The position numbers and the translations under genes are program-made. Positions 28,771 through 36,168 of a stretch of DNA of 64,000 nt are shown here, one piece after another. Below the pieces are notes generated by a model, which saw nothing but the letters and a program-made list of their open reading frames with translations, was not told the DNA's origin and searched no databases. How positions within the stretch are numbered: position 1 is the first letter of the stretch; each line of letters opens with the position of its first letter. Source of the DNA: Candidatus Lloydbacteria bacterium (GTDB lineage Bacteria; Patescibacteriota; Minisyncoccia; Phycocordibacterales; UBA6899); contig JAYSTI010000001.1 in the NCBI GenBank assembly GCA_043719805.1, forward strand, positions 80,230 through 144,229. The letters are read 5' to 3'.

Positions 28771-29160
28771 TTACTGGCCAGCGCCGGGCGAGCAGTCGAA
28801 GGCTTGGCCTTGATGCTGACGGAGACAGACCATGAAAGCACGGAGGTCGCGCGGCAGACTCTCGTCCGGGTACTCGCCGTATTGCTGGATGATCACGGAA
28901 CCGAGGCCGGCACGACGGTCGGGCGGGGCGGTGATGTAGTTCATCTGCGCATCGCGGATGTTCTTGATCGTGCCCGCGTTGTACGACCTCGATTGCTCGA
29001 AGGTCTCGCGACGGACCTGCTCTTCTTGAGGTGCGAACACCTTTTCCTTGGCCAGGCTGTTGGCACGGGAGAACCAGCCGAGGCTCGTCGAGACGACGAC
29101 GAGGGCGAGGAGGGCAGCGAGAGCGGCGGCGATGGCGGCGAGAACGTGGGAAGTTTTCAT
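28771..29160 (-). CDS. membrane-anchored hypothetical protein (129 aa)
   Basis: N-terminal Ala/Leu-rich TM helix; first gene downstream of leader copy 2. Confidence 0.6.
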   Translation of the reverse strand: MKTSHVLAAIAAALAALLALVVVSTSLGWFSRANSLAKEKVFAPQEEQVRRETFEQSRSYNAGTIKNIRDAQMNYITAPPDRRAGLGSVIIQQYGEYPDESLPRDLRAFMVCLRQHQGQAFDCSPGAGQ

Positions 29161-29272
29161 TGCACTATTTCCTTCAAATCAGAGAACGAACGCAATATCC
29201 CTTGCGTTATGGGGGTCTACTTTCGTAGCTTTTTCCGTTTACATAGTAGCATGATTATAGAATAAAGTCAAG
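29161..29272 (-). promoter_or_regulatory. promoter TTGACT-N17-TACTAT plus conserved about 76-nt structured 5' leader (copy 2)
   Basis: -35 at 29267..29272, -10 at 29243..29248; leader shares the two hairpins and GGAAAU Shine-Dalgarno with copy 1. Confidence 0.5.
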
Positions 29273-29478
29273 CAAAGATAGGCCCAGGTATTCCCCGCCG
29301 GTAAATGCGACGACAACTGCGAACGAAATTTTTTGTGGACTATTCCGTCATTTGAAGAAAGGCGTGGGCGTACTTCAAGGACGTAAATCCGAGCTACGCG
29401 CCTTCACAAAATTAATGACGTGATGCGAAGACCATTGTCCACAGAAAGGGGGCGTGGGAACGATGCTATACTCACCGC

Positions 29479-32400
29479 ATGAGTGCCTCCAAAGAAGAAA
29501 AAAAGGTTGAGTTCATCCACCTGCACACCCACACGCACTTCTCTCTTTTGGACGGGCTTTCAAAAGTGGACAAGGTCGTCGCACGCGCGAAAGAGCTCGG
29601 CATGAGTGCCATTGCCATGACCGACCACGGTGCGATGTACGGCGCGATAGAATTTTACAAAGCATGCAAAGCGGAGGGCATCAAGCCCATCATCGGTGTC
29701 GAAGCATACATCGCAAACCGAACGCGTCTCGACAAGGAATCCGGCATCGACAACAAGCGATTCCACCTCACCCTGCTCGCGAAAAACGCCGGCGGATATC
29801 GCAACCTTGTGCGCCTTACGACTGCCGCCCATATCGAGGGATACTACTATAAACCCCGTATGGACAAAGATATTCTGCGGATGTACTCGGAGGGCATTAT
29901 TGCGCTTTCGGGCTGCCCTGCGGGTGAGCTCGGCCGCGCGATACTACGCAGCAACGACCTCGAACGCGCAGAAGCAATCATCCACGAACATCAGGATATT
30001 TTCGGCAAAGAAAATTACTTTATTGAAATAATGCATCATCCGGACGTCGAAGATTTCGAGAGGTGGAGAAGCACGCTCGTCATGCTTTCGCGCAAGCTCG
30101 ACGTGCCACTCGTCGCAACGCAAGATTCACATTACATCAATCCCGACGACTCACGCGCACACAAAACACTCGTCGCCATCTCGACAAATACCGACGTGAA
30201 CGACACGGGAATTTTTTCCGGCGAGGGTGCATACCATTTCATCTCGACCGAAGAAGCACTAGAAAATTTCAAAGACATTCCGGAGGCCGTTGAAAATACC
30301 ATGAAAGTCGCGGCGATGTGCGACATCGCGCTCGAACTCGGAAAGTGGGTCTTCCCCCATGTTGACTTTGGAAAGGGCAATGACGCAAACAAAGAACTGC
30401 GACGTCTCGCAGAGGGCGGGATTGCATTTCGCGAAATGACCGAGACCCCCATCTTGCGCGAGCGCCTCGAATACGAGCTTGAAGTCATCAAAAACAAGGG
30501 TTACTCACCGTACTTTTTGGTGGTTGCAGACCTATTGCGATTTGCGCGTGAAGTCGGCATTTATACAACGGTGCGTGGTTCGGCCGCCGGCTCTCTTATC
30601 ACCTATCTCACGGGTATCACCAACGTCGACCCGATTGAATTCCAGCTTCCGTTCGAACGATTCTTGAATCCGTTTCGCCCCTCTCCTCCCGATATCGATA
30701 TGGACTTCGCCGATAATCGCCGCGAAGAGGTGCTCGAATACGCGAAGCGCAAATACGGCGCAGACAAAGTTGCTCAGATAGGTACGTTCGGGACGATGAT
30801 GGCACGCGGTGCAGTGCGTGATGTGGCTCGTGCACTCGGAAAACCCTACGACGTCGGCGACCGCATTTCAAAGATGATACCCCTCGGCCTTCAGGGATTC
30901 CCGATGACCCTCGATCATGCGATGGAGATAGAACCCGACCTCAAAAAACTCTACAGCACTGACGCAGACACGCGTGAGATCATCGACCTCGCGAAAAAAC
31001 TCGAAGGTTGTGTGCGCCACGTCTCGGTACACGCGGCGGGTGTCGTCATCTCCCCGACCCCGCTCATCGACTTTGTGCCGACACAATACGACCCCAAGGG
31101 CGGTAAGGTCATCACGCAGTACGACATGTATTCCGTCGAAGAGGCCGGCCTCCTCAAATTTGACTTTCTCGGCATTCGCAATCTCGCAATCCTTGGCGAG
31201 GCGGTACGCCTCGTGAAACTCCACCACGGCATTGATGTCAATATCGAAAAGATTCCGTTCGACGACAAAAAAACATTCCAAATGCTCGCGCGCGGAGAGA
31301 CGATCGGCCTCTTTCAATTGAATGGTGGCGGAATGACCAAGGCACTCATGGAACTCAAGCCAAATCGCATCCACGACATCAACGCCATGGTCGCGCTCTA
31401 TCGCCCCGGCCCGATGCAGACTATCGAAGAATACGTCGCACGCAAGCACGGGAGAAGCGAGGTCGTGTACTACCACCCAAAAATGAAGAAGTTTCTAGAC
31501 AAGACGTATGGTCTGCTTGTGTATCAAGACGACCTTTTGTATACCGCCATCGAGCTTGCCGGCTACGATTGGAATGAAGTCGACAAATTTCGCAAAGCGG
31601 TCGGAAAGAAAATTCCCGCCGAGATGGCAAAGCAGCACAAAATATTCGTTGACGGCTGCCTCACCCATAGCGGCATCAAAGCTGCGGACGCTGAAAAGAT
31701 ATGGACATTGTTTGAGCCGTTCCAGGGATACGGATTCAACAAGGCGCACGCCGCCTGCTACGGCCGCGTCGCATACCAGACTGCGTACATGAAGTCGTGT
31801 TATCCGAGCGAGTACATGACCGCCGTCCTTACTGCGGAAGAAGGCGACACGGAAAAAATATCCGAAATCATCACCGAGTGTAAGCGCATGGCGATTCCCG
31901 TCCTCCCGCCGGACATCAACATGAGTCACAATCACTTCACCGTCATCAAGGCCCATAATACCGGGGCCAAAGGTTCAGATTCGGATGAGATGCGAGATGC
32001 GCTGAGTCACGACTCCACTAAGGCGTATGAGCGATACGACGCAGGGGTTCATGATCCCAGCGCAGCGAAGCAGGTCGCCGAATCTGGGCCTTTGGAAAAG
32101 GATCAGATTCGGTTTGGGCTCTTTACGATAAAAAATCTCGGCGAGAATATTGCTGGAGCAATTATCACCGAGCGCGAGTTAAACGGGCCATACAAATCCT
32201 TCAGTGAATTTTTAGAGCGCGTCACGCACAAGGACCTCAACAAAAAATCTCTGGAATCCCTCATCCGCGCGGGCGCATTCGATACGCTCGGTGAAGAGCG
32301 TGGCGCACTTCTCCACAATGTCGACGACGCACTCGAATATCACAAAGAGCATGCGAAGACATTACTCAGCAATCAAGTCTCACTCTTTTCGGTTGTTACG

Positions 32401-32829
32401 AGTGGTAAGGCACTCCCCCAACTGCGACTACGCCCAGCACCTGAAATATTAATGGACCAAAAACTTGCGTGGGAAAAGGAATTATTGGGACTCTATGTAT
32501 CGGGACATCCACTGGACAAACACCGTGAGAAGATTGAGCGTGGCGGAACAAATATCAAAGACGCCAGCGAACACACACATGACGGCATGACGCTTGTCGT
32601 CGCAGGAATCATCGAGGAACACAAGATTGTCATCACCAAAAAGAATGAGCACATGGCATTCCTCAAGATTGCCGACTTCACCGGCTCCATCGAAGTCGTT
32701 GTCTTCCCGCGCACAATGGCCGAATGCAAAGACCTCATCGGACCCGACAAATGCGTCGCCATCAAAGGTCGCTTCTCAAGGCGTAATGATGCCCCGTCAC
32801 TCATTGCGGAAAAAGTGAAGGCACTCTGA
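29479..32829 (+). CDS. dnaE: DNA polymerase III alpha subunit
   Basis: PHP domain (HLHTHTHFSLLDG), polymerase core and OB-fold; 1116 aa; contains an about 50-aa polar insertion between HFTVI and IRFGL. Confidence 0.95.
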   Translation: MSASKEEKKVEFIHLHTHTHFSLLDGLSKVDKVVARAKELGMSAIAMTDHGAMYGAIEFYKACKAEGIKPIIGVEAYIANRTRLDKESGIDNKRFHLTLLAKNAGGYRNLVRLTTAAHIEGYYYKPRMDKDILRMYSEGIIALSGCPAGELGRAILRSNDLERAEAIIHEHQDIFGKENYFIEIMHHPDVEDFERWRSTLVMLSRKLDVPLVATQDSHYINPDDSRAHKTLVAISTNTDVNDTGIFSGEGAYHFISTEEALENFKDIPEAVENTMKVAAMCDIALELGKWVFPHVDFGKGNDANKELRRLAEGGIAFREMTETPILRERLEYELEVIKNKGYSPYFLVVADLLRFAREVGIYTTVRGSAAGSLITYLTGITNVDPIEFQLPFERFLNPFRPSPPDIDMDFADNRREEVLEYAKRKYGADKVAQIGTFGTMMARGAVRDVARALGKPYDVGDRISKMIPLGLQGFPMTLDHAMEIEPDLKKLYSTDADTREIIDLAKKLEGCVRHVSVHAAGVVISPTPLIDFVPTQYDPKGGKVITQYDMYSVEEAGLLKFDFLGIRNLAILGEAVRLVKLHHGIDVNIEKIPFDDKKTFQMLARGETIGLFQLNGGGMTKALMELKPNRIHDINAMVALYRPGPMQTIEEYVARKHGRSEVVYYHPKMKKFLDKTYGLLVYQDDLLYTAIELAGYDWNEVDKFRKAVGKKIPAEMAKQHKIFVDGCLTHSGIKAADAEKIWTLFEPFQGYGFNKAHAACYGRVAYQTAYMKSCYPSEYMTAVLTAEEGDTEKISEIITECKRMAIPVLPPDINMSHNHFTVIKAHNTGAKGSDSDEMRDALSHDSTKAYERYDAGVHDPSAAKQVAESGPLEKDQIRFGLFTIKNLGENIAGAIITERELNGPYKSFSEFLERVTHKDLNKKSLESLIRAGAFDTLGEERGALLHNVDDALEYHKEHAKTLLSNQVSLFSVVTSGKALPQLRLRPAPEILMDQKLAWEKELLGLYVSGHPLDKHREKIERGGTNIKDASEHTHDGMTLVVAGIIEEHKIVITKKNEHMAFLKIADFTGSIEVVVFPRTMAECKDLIGPDKCVAIKGRFSRRNDAPSLIAEKVKAL

Positions 32830-32834
32830 TAAAA

Positions 32835-32861
32835 GAAAAACCGACATGTGTCGGTTTTTGT
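32835..32861. terminator. bidirectional intrinsic terminator
   Basis: aaaccgaca-tgtg-tcggttt. Confidence 0.6.
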
Positions 32862-32862
32862 T

Positions 32863-33177
32863 TCAAGTTGGCAGATAATCAGGATCGATTGCGCCGTCAG
32901 CCTCGACCGCCTTCTTGAGACCGGAGCAGTTGTCATACATCGATTGTACGATCTTCTTTACGACATCCTGCATCTTCGCACGATTGATGGACGGATATTG
33001 GAAGATCATAAACTCGACGCCGAGAACACTCTCTTCGAGATGATCCATGAGATCGGAATAGTCATGACTCACATTGGCGGCGTTGATCATGTCCACGATG
33101 ATCTGGTGGTCGATATCAATGACCTCATCGCTCATCGCCTGCTCAAATTCGCGCATTCTCCACTTGATCTCAATCAT
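32863..33177 (-). CDS. small hypothetical protein (105 aa), paralog of 33296..33610
   Basis: GGAGGG ribosome-binding site; begins MIEIKWRMRE and ends DPDYLPT, matching its neighbour's ends. Confidence 0.6.
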   Translation of the reverse strand: MIEIKWRMREFEQAMSDEVIDIDHQIIVDMINAANVSHDYSDLMDHLEESVLGVEFMIFQYPSINRAKMQDVVKKIVQSMYDNCSGLKKAVEADGAIDPDYLPT

Positions 33178-33213
33178 GATGCTCACCCTCCTATTAGAAC
33201 TTAACCCGTTTGA

Positions 33214-33242
33214 ATGCTACACAATTGCCCCAAATTTGGCAA
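33214..33242 (-). promoter_or_regulatory. candidate promoter TTGCCA-N17-TAGCAT containing the palindrome-like motif TTGCCAAATTTGGGGC
   Basis: Same 16-nt motif, also forming the -35 and spacer, is found upstream of rpmE at 50241..50260. Confidence 0.4.
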
Positions 33243-33273
33243 AAAAAGACCGGCATTACGCAGGTCTCCGGTT
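33241..33273 (-). terminator. intrinsic terminator for 33296..33610
   Basis: accgg/ccggt stem with T7 in minus orientation. Confidence 0.45.
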
Positions 33274-33295
33274 CGCTATGTCGGTTCGCCTTTCG

Positions 33296-33610
33296 TCACG
33301 CCGGGAGGTAGTCCGCGTCGAGTGAGCCATCTTTCTTTACTGCAACCACGGCACCGGGGCACGTGTTGTAGATCGACTTGATCAATGCCTTCACACCATC
33401 CTGAAGCTTCGATTCGTCGGCGGCGGGATTGACCATAATGAGCTTTTTGCACACCTCGATCTGCGCTCTCATGTACCCGATGATGGGGATATGGTCATGC
33501 GTCTTGTTTGCCCTCTGAATTGCGGTGACCAATTGGTCGTGCGCGACAGGAAGCAACGCCTCATCAACGGCTTCGAAATGTTCCCGAAGCCGCCACTTGA
33601 TCTCGATCAT
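33296..33610 (-). CDS. small hypothetical protein (105 aa), paralog of 32863..33177
   Basis: GAGGAGGA ribosome-binding site; MIEIKWRLRE...DADYLPA. Confidence 0.6.
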   Translation of the reverse strand: MIEIKWRLREHFEAVDEALLPVAHDQLVTAIQRANKTHDHIPIIGYMRAQIEVCKKLIMVNPAADESKLQDGVKALIKSIYNTCPGAVVAVKKDGSLDADYLPA

Positions 33611-33709
33611 ATCGTCCTCCTCGGATAAACAACTGTTCACAGAGTCTCACAAATGAGCGTAGAGAGCAAACTCGTGCGCTGGCAGCGGCCAACCGGGCTT
33701 CTCGCATGT

Positions 33710-34135
33710 CTATTTCTTCAGCCAATCGGGACGCGTGTGCTCGTCTATCGAAATATCAAATTCATGATAATTGTTGGTTAGCTCCTCGCCTTCTGCCGTG
33801 TCTCTATTCGCAACAAAAAAAGGTTCGAGAGAAATGTTGCTATCGTGTACAACGGTCAAATTGTGCGCGGACTCGCTGTGGTTCGCATAAAGCGCCGGGT
33901 CATTCTCTGGCGGATAAATATATTGATGCGACGCAACCGAAAGATACGCGACCTTCTCAATATACTCCTTCCCGCTGTCGTCGAGTTTCGCATGCTCTTC
34001 TACAGAAAGCGTCAGATCATGCCCCGGAACATACTTCCACACTACTTCTCCCTTCGGTATTTTTTGCGATGAAAAAACTCCCTTACCTTCGATGACTGAA
34101 TCTTGAACGTGTACGGGAAATAGATACATATGCAA
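33710..34135 (-). CDS. SET-domain protein (putative protein lysine methyltransferase, 141 aa)
   Basis: GKGVFS, NHSESAHN, FFVANRDTAEGEELTNNY match conserved SET-domain motifs. Confidence 0.75.
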   Translation of the reverse strand: MHMYLFPVHVQDSVIEGKGVFSSQKIPKGEVVWKYVPGHDLTLSVEEHAKLDDSGKEYIEKVAYLSVASHQYIYPPENDPALYANHSESAHNLTVVHDSNISLEPFFVANRDTAEGEELTNNYHEFDISIDEHTRPDWLKK

Positions 34136-34792
34136 TTATTTTTTATACAACCAATGCTCTCCCTCGCCGACGACCTCGGTGTTCTCGCCGTCTATCCGGA
34201 GGGCGGTTTCGTCGTCTGCCGCATAAGTTGTCCTGTCTAATTTGTCTTTCAGCGTTTCAAGAAATTCTTTTCTCACTTTTTTGAACCACCCTGAATTTAA
34301 ATGTGGGATGAAAACGATGTCGCACAAATTCATCGTCGTGACCTCCTCGCCCCCGAAACTTTCTTCCGGAAATACTTCCGCACTTAACCCGAGGGGCAAA
34401 AAATGCCCGACAACCATGCTCCCTGCGCTGATTCCCATATACACCTTACTCGTGAGGAGCGGAACTATAAATTCCTTGAACTGCGTCTCCTTCATCACCC
34501 GCGCAAGGTACTTTTCGTCTCCTCCACCTAGACAAACGACGTCTGCGATCAAAAAATGTGGTTTCCAAACTTCCGCAGGAGTTGCAATGTCGACGATGTC
34601 TATTGATTTGAAATTGTATCTTTGAAATTGAACGAGGTTTTCAATAAGCCAGCCCTTGTCCTCCGTACCGGTATTCGCGGCCGTCGGAACAAAGAGGAGC
34701 GCTGTCTCCGAGAGTGGCTTTCCGACAAGCGCCGAAAGCGCGTCCGCGATGACGGAATTTTGTAGTCCCGACGAAGTCAGCAAAAATTTCAT
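34136..34792 (-). CDS. peptidase S51 family (dipeptidase E-like)
   Basis: MKFLLTSSG N-terminus; GISAGS nucleophile motif; overall similarity to PepE/cyanophycinase. Confidence 0.8.
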   Translation of the reverse strand: MKFLLTSSGLQNSVIADALSALVGKPLSETALLFVPTAANTGTEDKGWLIENLVQFQRYNFKSIDIVDIATPAEVWKPHFLIADVVCLGGGDEKYLARVMKETQFKEFIVPLLTSKVYMGISAGSMVVGHFLPLGLSAEVFPEESFGGEEVTTMNLCDIVFIPHLNSGWFKKVRKEFLETLKDKLDRTTYAADDETALRIDGENTEVVGEGEHWLYKK

Positions 34793-34837
34793 AAAAAAAT
34801 TATATCACAACACTTCTGATCTTCTTCGCGCGTTATA

Positions 34838-35260
34838 TTATTTTGCCTCGGGGCTCACAATGCCGTCGAAGTGTTCTTCAATTTCATCTGCCTTTGTGTG
34901 TTCCACTATCTTGTCTTTATGTTCGGGCGTCGCATAGATAGTATAGAGCTTGAGATCACATACCCCCGTGTTCACAACGTTGTGATTTGTTCCCGCAGGG
35001 ATGATGACGGCATGGTCGACGGGAAGCGTAAATGACTCATCGTTCAATGTGACCCTCGCTTCGCCCGCTTCGACGCGGATGAACTGATCAAGATGATGCA
35101 CCTCTTCTCCTATTTCCTCACCGACAGGGAGGCTCATGAGCACGAGCTGCATATTTTTCGCAGTAAAAAGCACGCGCCGATAATCGCCGTTCACGAGTGT
35201 CTCCTCTTCAATATTTACAATGTATCCGCGTTTTGGTGTATTCATCACGATGTTCATCAT
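34838..35260 (-). CDS. cupin-domain protein (140 aa)
   Basis: Conserved cupin barrel motifs (GEEIGEEVHHLDQFIRVEAGE, IIPAGTNHNVVN). Confidence 0.65.
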   Translation of the reverse strand: MMNIVMNTPKRGYIVNIEEETLVNGDYRRVLFTAKNMQLVLMSLPVGEEIGEEVHHLDQFIRVEAGEARVTLNDESFTLPVDHAVIIPAGTNHNVVNTGVCDLKLYTIYATPEHKDKIVEHTKADEIEEHFDGIVSPEAK

Positions 35261-35465
35261 TAACGTCTAATTTCACTGATTATACACCCCGATGTTCACT
35301 CTTCAATTCTTGGCCCTCCATCACAAATGCTCACACTTCGTCAAATGAGCCGTACGGACTGTTTCTACAAAACGTGAAAATATTTGACTTTCGACGGCAA
35401 TAGTGTTACTATTTGAACAGCCTCGTTCCCGGCATAAAGGGAAAGCACATTCACAGGAGAGACAG

Positions 35466-35867
35466 ATGAACCGAAGCAAAGTTCTCGACCCGCGCTTTTG
35501 GAGAACGTGGGCACGCTCGGGGGCACTCTGTACCCCCGGCCAAAAGGTTTCTACTCGCGTGAGCGAAGAGAATCTCGCACGCAAGTGCCGCAAGGAAGGC
35601 GTCGATTTCACGCGAGTCAACGTGTGCGTCCCGCGCTGGGCGCAAAGCGCGCCGCGCACGAAGGGTGCAAAGTCGGCTCTCGTCCACACCGACCTCATCG
35701 TCCGGAGCGATGGCTCAGTGGTCTACCTCGACGGCATGATGGGAATGGACTCGATGTCTCTCGGCTATGCACACGTCAAGGGTAAGTCCAATCCGGACAA
35801 TCTCCCGTGGGACGAGTACGTCGCATCCGTGACCGACCTCCCCGAGAAGGAAGTCTTCGTCTGGTGA
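35466..35867 (+). CDS. hypothetical protein (133 aa)
   Basis: Promoter TTGACT-N17-TACTAT and AGGAGAGA ribosome-binding site upstream; strong terminator downstream. Confidence 0.55.
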   Translation: MNRSKVLDPRFWRTWARSGALCTPGQKVSTRVSEENLARKCRKEGVDFTRVNVCVPRWAQSAPRTKGAKSALVHTDLIVRSDGSVVYLDGMMGMDSMSLGYAHVKGKSNPDNLPWDEYVASVTDLPEKEVFVW

Positions 35868-35890
35868 AGTATCGGTTCGGGCTTTTTACA

Positions 35891-35935
35891 AGTCCACCGG
35901 CAGAAATTCTGCCTCGGTGGACTTTCTGTTTTATT
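35891..35935 (+). terminator. intrinsic terminator (nested palindrome)
   Basis: agtccaccgGCAGAAaTTCTGCCtcggtggact plus T-rich tail. Confidence 0.55.
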
Positions 35936-35941
35936 GAACGA

Positions 35942-35970
35942 AAATTGACCTCATTTGTTTCGACGAGTAT
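35942..35970 (+). promoter_or_regulatory. thrS promoter TTGACC-N17-TATACT
   Basis: Near-consensus hexamers with 17-nt spacing, about 200 nt upstream of thrS. Confidence 0.45.
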
Positions 35971-35976
35971 ACTCAA

Positions 35977-36145
35977 AACACTTGAGATTGCTTTGGCCAC
36001 CAACCAAAGACTACGTGGTGAAAACCCTAATCAAGTATGAATAAGTGTTCTCGGGAATACCCGGGAGAATCGAGGTGGAACCGCGGCCAGATCGCCCTCG
36101 TAAGCATATGACGGAGTCATATTCTTACGAGGGTGATTTTTTTTA
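35977..36145 (+). promoter_or_regulatory. T-box-like riboswitch leader of thrS (stem I with ACC in its apical loop, GA/kink-turn-like elements, T-box sequence GAGGTGGAACCGCGG, and a terminator)
   Basis: T-box consensus AGGGUGGNACCGCG matched at 36070..36085; terminator ccctcgtaag...cttacgaggg plus T8 at 36094..36143, in which the CCCUC can alternatively pair to form an antiterminator. Confidence 0.55.
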
Positions 36146-36168
36146 TTTATTACTCATTATTGAATCAT

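Noticed and set aside
26559-29272. Sigma54 (-24/-12) or ECF-sigma reading of the conserved leader
   Set aside because: The GG/GC spacing fits only one copy. The TCTGA element is conserved, but no GGAAC-like -35 is at the right distance. A sigma70 promoter immediately upstream of the conserved block explains both copies better.
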